The notes beneath the pieces were generated by a model. That model searched no databases. It saw only the letters and a program-made list of their open reading frames with translations, and was not told where the DNA came from. Of a stretch of DNA of 64,000 nt, positions 42,031 through 51,376 are shown in pieces. Positions within the stretch are counted from its first letter, which is position 1; every line of letters starts with the position of its first letter. Position numbers and translations under genes: made by a program. Source of the DNA: Myxococcota bacterium (lineage in GTDB: Bacteria; Myxococcota_A; Bradymonadia; UBA7976; UBA1532); the NCBI GenBank assembly GCA_963169045.1, contig CAUJDF010000105.1, positions 9,086 to 73,085 of the forward strand, given 5' to 3'.

Positions 42031-42876
42031 TCAGTTGCCGATGTGCGGGGCGTTGCCGGGCTGGGCGGCGCCGGGCGTGCGGTCGGGCTGGACGGCGTTC
42101 GGATCGCCCTTCGGCGGCGAGCCGCCGGTCTCCGACGGCTGCCCATCGGCGGTCTGGCGTTTGATGTCGGAGGCCCAGTGCGAGCCGTCGACGGTCGAGT
42201 AGGCGATGCTGACGTTCTGCCCGGGCTGCAGCGCCTCGATCTGCGCGGGGTGGGCGCGCAGGTCGACGCCGCCGACGCGCAGCGTGCCCGCCTCGGCGTC
42301 GAGCTTCACCACCTTCCCGGTCAGGGTGCCGGCGGTGCCGTAGCGCTCGGAGAGGGCCGGTCCGGGCTGCGCTGCCGAGAGCCAGGCCTCGCCGCCGAAG
42401 TAGCCGACCGAAAGGACGACCGCCTGACCCTGGCGCAGGTTCGCCAGCGCGCCGGGCGTCGCCCGCAGCTTGCGCAGGCCGCCGTCGGAGCGGATGCCGA
42501 GCTTGCCGGCGCCGACGTCGATGCTCTCGACGATGCCCTGCACCTGCCCGGCGGCGGGCTGGTCGGCGGCGGCGCCGACCTGACCGGCATCGCCGCCCCC
42601 CTGGACGCTGTCCGTCTGTCGCGCCGCCCGGTCCTGCGCCCGCTCGGTCTGGTAGCGCCGTTGGTCGTCGGGCAGGGTCGTCCCCGGCGGGAGTGTCCCT
42701 TTCTGCGCCAGCACGGGGCTCTCCTCCAGGCCCTTCCGACTGTCCTGGGGGTCCCACGGGCTCTGCGCCGCGGAGGACGCCTCCTTCGCCGCTTCGTCGT
42801 CGGGACCCTTGCAGCCCACGAGCGCCGCGAGCCCGGCGAGCCACCAGCCCCGCGTCCTTCGGATGTCGATCGGCAT
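42031..42876 (-). CDS. Lipoprotein, hypothetical (281 aa).
   Basis: MPIDIRRTRGWWLAGLAALVGCKG has a lipobox. Confidence 0.7.
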   Translation of the reverse strand: MPIDIRRTRGWWLAGLAALVGCKGPDDEAAKEASSAAQSPWDPQDSRKGLEESPVLAQKGTLPPGTTLPDDQRRYQTERAQDRAARQTDSVQGGGDAGQVGAAADQPAAGQVQGIVESIDVGAGKLGIRSDGGLRKLRATPGALANLRQGQAVVLSVGYFGGEAWLSAAQPGPALSERYGTAGTLTGKVVKLDAEAGTLRVGGVDLRAHPAQIEALQPGQNVSIAYSTVDGSHWASDIKRQTADGQPSETGGSPPKGDPNAVQPDRTPGAAQPGNAPHIGN

Positions 42877-42988
42877 CGCTGCTGACCTCGTCGTCTACCC
42901 GGTGGCGGAGGCGGTGCAGCGGGCATGCCACGCGCTCAGGGCTTCGCCGGTGAGGGCCAGCAGGCGTGGCGAACGGGGGGCGTACGGT

Positions 42989-44140
42989 TCACTTCCGCAG
43001 GTAGATCGCGTCCTTGCGCCACAGGTGGCGCAGGAAGCGGCGCGCCCAGCGCTCGACGAGGGCCGGCGGCCCCTGCAGGCCCGAACGCGCGATGCACGCG
43101 CGCACGGACGCCTGCCCGTCGATGGTGCGATAGAGCGCCTCCTGCGCCGCGTCGCGCGGGTCCCACGGCAGCGGCGGGTGGCGCAGGCCCGGCGGGAAGC
43201 GGCGGCCGGGGATCGCGTCGAGCAGATCGTCGGCGTCGAAGTCGAGGCGCCACGGGTCCGGCCGGTCGGGGCGGCAGGCGACGAACAGGTGGTCGAGCGG
43301 CGCCGAGACGCGCTCCATCGCTGCCCACACGTGCGGAGGCTCGAGGCCGTCGAGCAGCCCGAACAGCGGGTGCTCCGGCGGGAACTGGCCGTCCGGGTGA
43401 TACGGCGCGTTCGTGAACCAGCCCTGGAACGTCAGGCCGGCGGCGCGCACCAGGTCCAGCACGCCGGGGACGTCGTAGGCGGTGTCGCGCGCCGGCAGCC
43501 AGGTGTCGACGACGTGGCTGTCGAAGGGCGCGCGCTCGCCGGTGCCCGCGAGCCAGGCTTGCGCCGGGTGGTGCGGCGGCAGGGCGGCGAGCGTCGCGCG
43601 CACGGCGGCGACGTCGGACGGGGCGCGGCCGAGGCCCAGCGCGCGAAAGAGGTCCTGCAGGACGCGGACGCCGGCGCGCGCGTGGGCTCCGTAGACCGCT
43701 GCGCACACGACGCCCGACGGGCGAAGCACGGCGCCGAGCGCCGCGAGGCCGCGCGCGGGATCGGCGAGGTGGTGGAGCACTCCGGCGACGCTGACGAAGT
43801 CGAACGCCTGCCCCAGCGCCGCCACCTGCTCGAGCGGCAGCTGCACGAGCGTCAGGTTGCCGATGCCGTGGGCCGAGGCGAGCGCGCGCTGGTGGGCGAG
43901 CGCGGCGGCGCTGACGTCGATGCCGACCACCCGGGCCGCGGGGTTGCGCAGCGCGAGGGCGGCGGCCTCGGACGTCCCGCAGCCGGCGACGAGCACGTCG
44001 AGGTCGGCCCGCGGCGGCAGCGACGGCCAGTACAGGAAGGCGTAGGCCGACGGGTCGTTCCAGCAGACGCGGTGCTCGATCCCGATCGCCGGATCGGGCC
44101 AGGCCCAGCGCTCGTACTGCTGCGCGACGGGGTCGTCCAT
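42989..44140 (-). CDS. Class I SAM-dependent methyltransferase with a C-terminal extension, 383 aa.
   Basis: Motif I is VLVAGCGTSEAAALALRNPAARVVGIDVS. The ATG at 44140 is chosen over the upstream in-frame ATG. Confidence 0.75.
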   Translation of the reverse strand: MDDPVAQQYERWAWPDPAIGIEHRVCWNDPSAYAFLYWPSLPPRADLDVLVAGCGTSEAAALALRNPAARVVGIDVSAAALAHQRALASAHGIGNLTLVQLPLEQVAALGQAFDFVSVAGVLHHLADPARGLAALGAVLRPSGVVCAAVYGAHARAGVRVLQDLFRALGLGRAPSDVAAVRATLAALPPHHPAQAWLAGTGERAPFDSHVVDTWLPARDTAYDVPGVLDLVRAAGLTFQGWFTNAPYHPDGQFPPEHPLFGLLDGLEPPHVWAAMERVSAPLDHLFVACRPDRPDPWRLDFDADDLLDAIPGRRFPPGLRHPPLPWDPRDAAQEALYRTIDGQASVRACIARSGLQGPPALVERWARRFLRHLWRKDAIYLRK

Positions 44141-44199
44141 CGGCGGCAGTGTCGGCCGCCCTCCGCCGGCGTGGCAAGAAGCGTGTACCCTGCCGACCG

Positions 44200-44856
44200 A
44201 TGAATCCACGCGAAGTCCTCGACAGCGCCACCACGCCCGACGGCAAGTCGCTCGAGCTCTTGCGCGAGCAGGGCCACCTCATCGTGCGGGTCGGCGGCCG
44301 GTCGCTCATGTGCAGCGGCGCGCACGGCTCCGAGGAGGCGATGGCGCACGTGGCGGCGAAGGTCCGCGGCGCGGCGGCGCGTGTCCTCGTCGGCGGCCTC
44401 GGCCTCGGGTACACGCTGCGCGCGGCGCTCGACGCCTTCCCCGCGGCCGAGGTGACCGTCGCCGAGCTGCTGCCGCCGATCATCACGTGGAACCGCGGCG
44501 TGCTCGCGGAGCTCGCGGAGCGGCCGCTCGAGGACCCGCGCGCGCGCCTGTTCGAGGGCGACGTGCGGCTCGCGCTGGGGCAGGGCGGCTGGGACGTCGT
44601 CCTGCTCGACGTCGACAACGGCCCCGAGGCGTTCACCGTGAAGCAGAACGAGGGCCTGTACGACGAGCTCGGCGCGGCGATGCTGGCGCGGTCGCTTTCG
44701 CCGGGCGGCGTCGCGGTCGTCTGGTCGGCGGGGCCGAGCACGGCCTACGAGCGCCGGCTGCGGGCCGTCGGCCTGAGGGTCGAGACGCGCCAGGCGCGCG
44801 CGCGCGGGCGCAAGGGCGGGCGCCACGTCCTGTTCGTCGCCGTCCGAAAGGGTTGA
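44200..44856 (+). CDS. Spermidine-synthase-like (aminopropyltransferase fold) protein, 218 aa.
   Basis: The sequence LVGGLGLGYTLRAALDAFP...VTVAELLPPIITWNRG...VVLLDVDNGP matches that fold. It is divergent from the methyltransferase gene, with a 59-bp spacer. Confidence 0.7.
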   Translation: MNPREVLDSATTPDGKSLELLREQGHLIVRVGGRSLMCSGAHGSEEAMAHVAAKVRGAAARVLVGGLGLGYTLRAALDAFPAAEVTVAELLPPIITWNRGVLAELAERPLEDPRARLFEGDVRLALGQGGWDVVLLDVDNGPEAFTVKQNEGLYDELGAAMLARSLSPGGVAVVWSAGPSTAYERRLRAVGLRVETRQARARGRKGGRHVLFVAVRKG

Positions 44857-45597
44857 TCAGCGCCCGCAGACCTCGGAGACGCCGAGCTGGCAGGCGCGGG
44901 CGCGCAGCTTCGCGGCGCCCTCGGGGTTGGCGGCGACGCCCCGGCCCGTCTTCATCGCCTCGGAGAGCAGGAAGCAGCCGGGGCCGTAACCACCCTTACA
45001 GGCGCGGGCGAACAGCTCGGCCGCCTGCCTTGCGTCACCGCCCTCCGCGCGCACCACGCCGAGCGCGCCGCACGCGCTGGGCGAGCCGCCGTCGCAGCCT
45101 TTCTGCAGCAGATTCGCGGCCTTGTCGGCGTCGCCAGGCACGCCCTCGCCCTGCCGGTACATGAAGCCGAGCGCCCCGCAGGCGAACGCGTCGCCGGCCC
45201 GGCACGCCTTCTCGTACAGCGCCGCCGCCTTCACCGCGTCGCGCGGCACGCCCTCGCCGTCCTGGTAGAACGCGGCGAGGTTGGCGCAGCCCGGCGCGTC
45301 GCCGCCGTCGCACGCCTTCTGGAAGAGCGCGCGGGCCTCGCCCAGATCGCGCGCGCCGCCGGCGACGAGGCGAAAGGCGACCTTCGTGCAGCCCTTGGCG
45401 ACGCCGACCTCGCAGGCCTTGCGGAAGGCGGCGAGCGCGGCCTTGCCGTCGGTCTTCGCGAGCGCGTCGCCGGCGGCCAGGCAGGCCGCGCCCTCGCCCT
45501 TGTCGCAGCGGGCGCGGCACTCGTCGGGGGCCGCGCAGGGAGCCGCGGCGGCGACGCCGGCGGCGAGCATGAAGGCCGAGAAGAAGAGAGTTCGCAT
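44857..45597 (-). CDS. Secreted Sel1-repeat (TPR-like) protein.
   Basis: Signal peptide MRTLFFSAFMLAAGVAAAAP. Repeated KACDGGDAPGCANLAAFYQDGEGVPRDAVKAAALYEKAC units. Confidence 0.8.
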   Translation of the reverse strand: MRTLFFSAFMLAAGVAAAAPCAAPDECRARCDKGEGAACLAAGDALAKTDGKAALAAFRKACEVGVAKGCTKVAFRLVAGGARDLGEARALFQKACDGGDAPGCANLAAFYQDGEGVPRDAVKAAALYEKACRAGDAFACGALGFMYRQGEGVPGDADKAANLLQKGCDGGSPSACGALGVVRAEGGDARQAAELFARACKGGYGPGCFLLSEAMKTGRGVAANPEGAAKLRARACQLGVSEVCGR

Positions 45598-45679
45598 GGC
45601 GGCAGTCTACGCCACCATGGATCTTCGTTGAATCGGACGGGCGAATCTTGCGTCGCCTCCCGTTGTTCGAGAGGGAACG

Positions 45680-46747
45680 ATGAACACCGACACGCTCCGC
45701 CTGGCGCCCCGCATGCTCTCGGCCTCGCCGCTCCTCGGCGCCTGGACGCGCGCCCTGCCGCCGCTGCTCGCGCTGGCGGGGACGGCCGGCGTGTACGCGC
45801 TGGCGACGGCGCTGCTGCCCCGGGACGGCCGGCTGGCGGCGCTGCTGCTCGACCGTGGCTTCTGCCAGCCCCTGACGATGGGCCTGTTCTTCTGGGGCCT
45901 CGGCCACGCGCTGCGACGCGTGCTCGTCCAGGCCGGCGAGCGCCAGGCGCTGGGCGGCTGCCGGGCGCTGCTCGTCGAGGGCCTCGACCGCGACCAGATC
46001 AACAACCACGCCGCGGCGCTCCTGCCCATCCGCGACAGCCTCGCGGCGCCGGTGCTCGGCTCGATCCTCAACTACTTCCGCAACGCGCGTCCGAGCCGCG
46101 ACGAGGTGCTCAAGGTCGCCGAGACGCAGCTCGACCGCGCCTACGACCGCATCGAGAGCGAGTACAAGGCGCTCACCGCGGTGATGTGGCTGCTGCCGCT
46201 CACCGGCTTCCTCGGCACCGTCTTCGGCATGGCCCAGGCCATCGAGGGCATGGAGGGCGTGATCGCCAGCGGCGGCGCGGACCTGATGGCCCTGACGCCG
46301 ACGGTGAACGGCCTGTCGATCGCGTTCGACACGACGCTGCTGGCGCTCGTGCTGGTGCTGCCGCTGAAGCTCGTCGAGGTCGGGCTCGAGGCGCGGGACC
46401 GGCGGCTGCTCGACGCCATCGACGCCACCGTCGGCGCGGGCCTCGTGGGCCACCTCGACCTCGGCACGCTCGCGCAGCAGACCCCCGAGGAGCGGGCGCT
46501 CGACCGCGTGAACGAGAGCGTGGAGCGCATGGAGCGCAACCTGCGCCGCGTCGACGAGGCGCTCGGCCGGGTGGCGACGCGCATGGCCGAGGCCGCCGCG
46601 TTCACCGACGGCCTGGGCGAGATCGTGGAGGCGGCGCGGGCCACGCGGCGCGCGCTGCCCGAGGTCCAGGGCGAGCTGCGCAAGCTGCGCGAGCAGGGCG
46701 ACGCGCCGCTGACGGTCGTCCGCACGCGCCGCGGAGACGGGACGTGA
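45680..46747 (+). CDS. MotA/TolQ/ExbB-family proton-channel protein with a C-terminal coiled-coil tail, 355 aa.
   Basis: Three TM helices. The family signature is MWLLPLTGFLGTVFGM...NGLSIAFDTTLLALVLVLP. Confidence 0.8.
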   Translation: MNTDTLRLAPRMLSASPLLGAWTRALPPLLALAGTAGVYALATALLPRDGRLAALLLDRGFCQPLTMGLFFWGLGHALRRVLVQAGERQALGGCRALLVEGLDRDQINNHAAALLPIRDSLAAPVLGSILNYFRNARPSRDEVLKVAETQLDRAYDRIESEYKALTAVMWLLPLTGFLGTVFGMAQAIEGMEGVIASGGADLMALTPTVNGLSIAFDTTLLALVLVLPLKLVEVGLEARDRRLLDAIDATVGAGLVGHLDLGTLAQQTPEERALDRVNESVERMERNLRRVDEALGRVATRMAEAAAFTDGLGEIVEAARATRRALPEVQGELRKLREQGDAPLTVVRTRRGDGT

Positions 46748-47784
46748 AGCGCCGCCGCCGCGGGCGCGACCACGGCGAGAGCTTCGGCACGTCGCTGGCC
46801 GACATCCTGACGACGGCGCTCGGCTGCGTGCTGCTGCTGTTCCTCGTCGTGGTGCTCAACGTGCGCGCCTCGCTGTCGAAGGCGACCGAGGCGCAGTCGG
46901 CGGAGCAGGCGAAGCGCGAGGCGGCGCAGCGCGCGATGCTGCAGGAGGCCGCCGAGAAGGGGCAGGCGGAGCGCGCGCTGAAGGCGCAGAGCGATCAGGT
47001 GCGCGCGCTCGAGGAGGCGCTGCGCCAGGCGACGGCGGCCGCCGACGCCCGCGGCACGGAGCTCGCGGCGCTCCGCGGCGCCGCGGCGGCGACGCTCGCC
47101 GACCTCGACCCGCACACCGCGAGCCCCGTGGACGTGATGCTGGTGGTCGACGGCACCCGCTCCATGGCGCCGAGCCTCGAAGCGGCGCGCCGCGACCTCA
47201 AGGCGACGGTGAAGGCGCTGCGTGTGGTGAGCCCGACGGCGCGCGTCGGCGTCGTCGTGTTCCGCGACCGGCGCGAGCCGGGCGGCCTGCGCCTGCAGGT
47301 GCAGCCGCTGACGGCGGAAGTGTCCGATCTGCAAGCCTTTCTCGATGACATCCAGGCGACGAGCACCGCGGTGGACGTCGACCGCCCCGAGTGGCTGTGC
47401 GGCGGCATCGGCGCGGCGGCGGGCGCCGCGTGGCGCCCCGAGGCCATCCGCCTGATGCTCGTCGTCTCGGACGCCGCCGACCACGACCCGTCGGCGCGCG
47501 ACTGCGTCGAGGAGGTCGGCGCGTTCCAGCGGGCCGGCGGTCGGGTCCACGTGCTGACGACCCACCCGTCCGGCTTCGGCGTGCGCCACGACGTCACGCA
47601 GGACTACGAGGACGTGGTGCTGCCCCAGCACCGTCTCATCGCCGAGGCCGGCGGCGGCTTGCACCTCGAGGGCGCCGACGCCGACGCGCTGCTGACGGAG
47701 GTGCTCGGGGCGGCGTTCCGCTCGCGCACGGCGGCGCCCGTGGACCGCCTGCGGCGCGCCCTCGACCCGCCGCCCGCGGAGTGA
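46744..47784 (+). CDS. ExbD/TolR/MotB-like TM plug fused to a coiled coil and a periplasmic von Willebrand factor A (vWA) domain, 346 aa. The GTG start overlaps the upstream stop (GTGA).
   Basis: The TM segment SLADILTTALGCVLLLFLVVVLNV carries a conserved Asp. The vWA MIDAS reads VDVMLVVDGTRSMAP...VGVVVFRD. Confidence 0.7.
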   Translation: MKRRRRGRDHGESFGTSLADILTTALGCVLLLFLVVVLNVRASLSKATEAQSAEQAKREAAQRAMLQEAAEKGQAERALKAQSDQVRALEEALRQATAAADARGTELAALRGAAAATLADLDPHTASPVDVMLVVDGTRSMAPSLEAARRDLKATVKALRVVSPTARVGVVVFRDRREPGGLRLQVQPLTAEVSDLQAFLDDIQATSTAVDVDRPEWLCGGIGAAAGAAWRPEAIRLMLVVSDAADHDPSARDCVEEVGAFQRAGGRVHVLTTHPSGFGVRHDVTQDYEDVVLPQHRLIAEAGGGLHLEGADADALLTEVLGAAFRSRTAAPVDRLRRALDPPPAE

Positions 47785-47819
47785 CTACACTCGCGCCGCC
47801 TCATGCCGGAGAGCGAACG

Positions 47820-48866
47820 ATGCGAACGTGGTGGCTGGCCCTCTCCCTGCTCGTCCTGCCGCTTGCCGCGCCGGCCCAGGACGCGAGCCTGCAGTACCGC
47901 CTCACCGAGGTGGTGACCGACGGCACCCCGGCGACGCTGACGCTGGTGGCCAACGCGGACCTCGGCGACGTCTCGGTGACGCTGTCCCCCGACAAGGGCA
48001 AGGGGCGCACGTTCAAGGTCGGCAAGCTGCTGGCCGGCGAGCAGAAGGAGCTGACGTTCCCCGTGCCGAAGGGCGAGAGCCGCTGGCGGGCGGCGCTCGC
48101 GTGGCGCGAGGGCGCCGCGAAGGGCGAGAGCAACGCCGAGCTCGTGATCAACAGCCTGCCGCGCTTCGACGTCCAGATGGACAAGAAGGACATCCAGCTC
48201 GAAGAGCGGCGCGCGGTCGCGACGCCGACGCGCGCGCTGTCGGCGGTCGAGATCGTCATCCGCGACCGCAGCGGCGAGATCGCCGTCGAGCGCCGCGTCG
48301 ATCTGCCCGACAGCGAGGCCGGCAAGCCCGTGGAGATCCGCTGGGACATGCCGGCGGGCACCGAGGCCGCGGTTGCCGACTTCAAGTTCCACGACCAGCA
48401 CGAGTTCTGGACGGCGGTCCGCGTGGCGGTCTGGTCGATCGACATCCCGCACGAGGACGTCGTCTTCGAGACGGCGAAGTGGGACGTCCGCGCCGAAGAG
48501 GCCCACAAGCTCGACCAGGCCATTCAGCTCGCGCGCAAGGAGATGGCCCGCTTCGAGCGCGACCTCGGCAAGGCCGGCATCAAGGTCGAAGGCGCCGTCT
48601 ACGTCGCCGGCTACACCGACACCGTGGGCGGCAGCGGCGACAACCTGGCGCTGAGCGAGAAGCGCGCCCGTGCCATCGCCGAGTACTTCAAGAAGCATGG
48701 CATCGGCCTGCCGGTGTATTACCAGGGCTTCGGGGAGTCGGTGCTCGCGGTGTCGACCGCCGACGAGACGGACGAGGCGAAGAACCGCCGCGCCGCATAC
48801 GTGCTGGCGAGCGCGCCGCCGTCGGGCGGGCAGTTCCCCGGCGCCGCGTGGCGGCCGCTCCGCTGA
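47820..48866 (+). CDS. Periplasmic OmpA-family (peptidoglycan-binding) protein with an N-terminal domain, 348 aa.
   Basis: Signal peptide MRTWWLALSLLVLPLAAPAQDA. The OmpA C-terminal domain reads VYVAGYTDTVGGSGDNLALSEKRARAIAEYF...NRRAAYVL. SD GGAGAG precedes it. Confidence 0.8.
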   Translation: MRTWWLALSLLVLPLAAPAQDASLQYRLTEVVTDGTPATLTLVANADLGDVSVTLSPDKGKGRTFKVGKLLAGEQKELTFPVPKGESRWRAALAWREGAAKGESNAELVINSLPRFDVQMDKKDIQLEERRAVATPTRALSAVEIVIRDRSGEIAVERRVDLPDSEAGKPVEIRWDMPAGTEAAVADFKFHDQHEFWTAVRVAVWSIDIPHEDVVFETAKWDVRAEEAHKLDQAIQLARKEMARFERDLGKAGIKVEGAVYVAGYTDTVGGSGDNLALSEKRARAIAEYFKKHGIGLPVYYQGFGESVLAVSTADETDEAKNRRAAYVLASAPPSGGQFPGAAWRPLR

Positions 48867-48914
48867 CGGGGTCTTCCCACAAGACTGAGACGCCCGGCGC
48901 TGTGAGACACCCGC

Positions 48915-50417
48915 CTATGGCGGCGGGTACTCGCACCTTCGCGGCTGCCCGGGCAGCGCGCCGCCGCGACAGCGCAGCGGCGCGCTGCAGTCGTCGTCGC
49001 CGCGGCACGCGCGGAACACACAGACGCCGAGCTCGTCCCCGTTGCGCGTGAGCGGGGAGATGTGATCCGGGTCGTCGGGGCAGGTCGGGTTCACCGCGGT
49101 GTTCCAGAGGCTGGCGCAGATGCCCTGGGTGGGATCGGCGCCGACGCGCAGGCAGGCGCCGCGGCAGGGCACCGCGGGCGGGAAGTTGCCCTCGGCCGCC
49201 AGCGTGCAGGGCTCGCCGTCGGGCAGCGCGTCGAGATCGACCGGCGCGCCGCAGCCGCCGTGACGCGGGTTGCAGACGGTGGTCGGCGGGCAGTCGGCGT
49301 CGTCGACGCAGTAGGGAAAGCAGCCCGGCTGGTCGGGCTGCGCCTGGGGCTGCAAGAACCAGAAGCCGGTGCAGATCTGTCCGCGGGCGCAGTCGTCGCC
49401 GCCCGGCGTGCACGTCGACGTGCAGTAGGGGCCGCCGACGCCGTTCAGGCACGTCGTGCCGGGGCCGCCGCACGCCGCCGCCTCCTCGAGGCGGTCGAGC
49501 GAGGGGGGGCAGGGCGCCGTGCAGCGGCCGCCGGGCGCGCGCGCGTCGCAGACGAGCGCGGCGTCGGCGCAGTCGTCGTCATTGTCGCACTGGGCGCCGG
49601 CGGCGGGGGCGGCGGCGCGCGGGCGCTCGGGCGGGGCGTCGCGGCCGGGCGCCGCCTCGCAGGGGAGGGCGTCGGCGGCGGGTGCCATCGTGCTGCGGCG
49701 CAGGTACACGGTGACGACGCGCTCGTACCGCTGCGACGGCGCCGGCCACTCGTCCCCGCTCCGCGCGCGGGTGTGGCAGGCGGTGCGGGCGTCGCCGTTC
49801 GCCGCGTCCGTCCCCTCGCAGGCGCGGTCGCACGGTCCGACCACCTGCAGGCCACACCGGTTGCCCGGCAGCGTACAGGCCCGGAACGTCAGCGACAGCG
49901 GGTCGTCGCCCGTCCCGCGGCAGGCATACTCCCGCGGCGGGTCGGTGAACATGTTGCCGAAGAAGGCGCCCTCTTCGATGGGATAACGCCGCAGGTCGTC
50001 GACGCTCTCGGTGAGCGCCGGGTGGGTGCCGCGGGCGTGGATGATCACCGGGATGCCATAGGCGTTGGCCCGCGCGAACATGCACGCCGACACCCACTCC
50101 TGGCACTCGACGTCACACGGCGCGTCGGCCCACGCCGGCGCGAGGCCGATGCCACCGTGGAAGGTCGTCGGCTCCGGCTCGGTGGGCAGCGTCACCGACT
50201 GGTCGGCCTCGAGCGCGCACTCGACGAGGTGGTGAACGAAGGTCCACGTGGAGGGATCGAACTGCACCGCCTCGACGAGCCCCGGCAGCATCGCGAGCGC
50301 GTCGGTGGCGAGCGGCGCGGTCGCCATCTGTTGGACGGGGCCGCCGTTCGTCCAGAGGTCGGCGAGCGCCGCGCGAGACAGCAAGAGACAGACCAGCAGG
50401 GACGTGGCGCGCTTCAC
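48915..50417 (-). CDS. Secreted Cys-rich hypothetical protein (about 500 aa). A GTG start is inferred before the signal peptide.
   Basis: The signal peptide is VKRATSLLVCLLLSRAALA. The C-terminal half is rich in paired cysteines. The upstream in-frame extension (to 50840) has no protein-like features. Confidence 0.6.
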   Translation of the reverse strand: MKRATSLLVCLLLSRAALADLWTNGGPVQQMATAPLATDALAMLPGLVEAVQFDPSTWTFVHHLVECALEADQSVTLPTEPEPTTFHGGIGLAPAWADAPCDVECQEWVSACMFARANAYGIPVIIHARGTHPALTESVDDLRRYPIEEGAFFGNMFTDPPREYACRGTGDDPLSLTFRACTLPGNRCGLQVVGPCDRACEGTDAANGDARTACHTRARSGDEWPAPSQRYERVVTVYLRRSTMAPAADALPCEAAPGRDAPPERPRAAAPAAGAQCDNDDDCADAALVCDARAPGGRCTAPCPPSLDRLEEAAACGGPGTTCLNGVGGPYCTSTCTPGGDDCARGQICTGFWFLQPQAQPDQPGCFPYCVDDADCPPTTVCNPRHGGCGAPVDLDALPDGEPCTLAAEGNFPPAVPCRGACLRVGADPTQGICASLWNTAVNPTCPDDPDHISPLTRNGDELGVCVFRACRGDDDCSAPLRCRGGALPGQPRRCEYPPP

Positions 50418-50496
50418 CCGCCGGACCGTAGCACTCCGCCGGGGGGCGGACAATCGGCCTTTGACGGGCGGGCGCGGCGCGGTGTATGGACGACCC

Positions 50497-50856
50497 ATGC
50501 GCCGCCTGCTCGTCACATTGCCGGTGCTGTTCGCCGCGTGCGGCGACGGCGGCGCGCGCGCCGGCGCGGGCGACGCGCGGCCGCCCGATGCGACCGCCGC
50601 GACCGACGCGGCGGTCGCCGCGCCCGACACATCGGTGCCGGGCTGCCGCTGCGACCCCGTCGAAGACTGCGCCGCGTGCTTCGCGAACATCGGCCGCTGC
50701 TGCGCCGACGACCCCGCCCTCGCCGGGCAGACGCCGCGCCTCGCCGCCGCCTGCGAGGGCAACCCCTCCTGCGCGGTGTGTTGTGCCGAGTGCGCGGCGA
50801 AGTCCTGCGAGCGGCTGCGCGCCGACGGCGAGTGCCCCAACGAAGAGCCGCGCTGA
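50497..50856 (+). CDS. Small Cys-rich lipoprotein (119 aa).
   Basis: MRRLLVTLPVLFAACGDGG has a lipobox. There are 14 Cys in the 60 C-terminal residues. Confidence 0.6.
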   Translation: MRRLLVTLPVLFAACGDGGARAGAGDARPPDATAATDAAVAAPDTSVPGCRCDPVEDCAACFANIGRCCADDPALAGQTPRLAAACEGNPSCAVCCAECAAKSCERLRADGECPNEEPR

Positions 50857-50899
50857 CCGGCGGGAAGGAATCGGCGGCCCGGCGCGGTTCGGGGGCGCG

Positions 50900-51376
50900 A
50901 TGAGGTGCTTCGCCGCCCTGCTGTTCCTCGCCTTCGCGTGGCCCGCCCACGCCGCCGATCCGTGCGCGGACCGCGGCACGTCGATCGTCGTCCTCACGGC
51001 GCAGCGCGTCCTGCACCGCTGCGAGGAGGGGCGCACGACCGGCACGTACCCCGTCGCGCTCGGCCGCGGCGGCCTCGGCAAGGAGCGCGAGGGCGACGGC
51101 CGCACGCCGCTCGGCACCTACCCGCTCGGCGCGCCGCGGGCCTCGGCGAAGTTCTGGACGTTCATCCCGCTGGCCTACCCGACGCCGGCGCAGCGAAGGC
51201 TCGGCTTCACCGGCGGCGCCGTCGGCGTCCACGGCCCGCCGAGGAAGCTCGGCGGCTGGTTCGGGCGGCTGTTCGACTGGACGAAAGGCTGCGTGGCGGT
51301 GGCGACCCGGGCCGAGATCGAGGAGATCGCGGCGTGGGCGCGCCGGGTGCGCCCCCGCGCCATCCACCTCGAGTGA
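50900..51376 (+). CDS. Secreted L,D-transpeptidase (YkuD) catalytic-domain protein, 158 aa.
   Basis: Signal peptide MRCFAALLFLAFAWPAHA. The motifs are GRTPLGTY...HGPP...TKGCVAV (the catalytic His and Cys). Confidence 0.75.
   Translation: MRCFAALLFLAFAWPAHAADPCADRGTSIVVLTAQRVLHRCEEGRTTGTYPVALGRGGLGKEREGDGRTPLGTYPLGAPRASAKFWTFIPLAYPTPAQRRLGFTGGAVGVHGPPRKLGGWFGRLFDWTKGCVAVATRAEIEEIAAWARRVRPRAIHLE

Noticed and set aside
45680-48866. Zorya anti-phage system
   Set aside because: The MotA-like protein lacks the very long ZorA tail, there are no ZorC/ZorD-like genes, and the B-subunit carries a vWA domain rather than ZorB architecture. It is kept as an atypical stator-like module instead.
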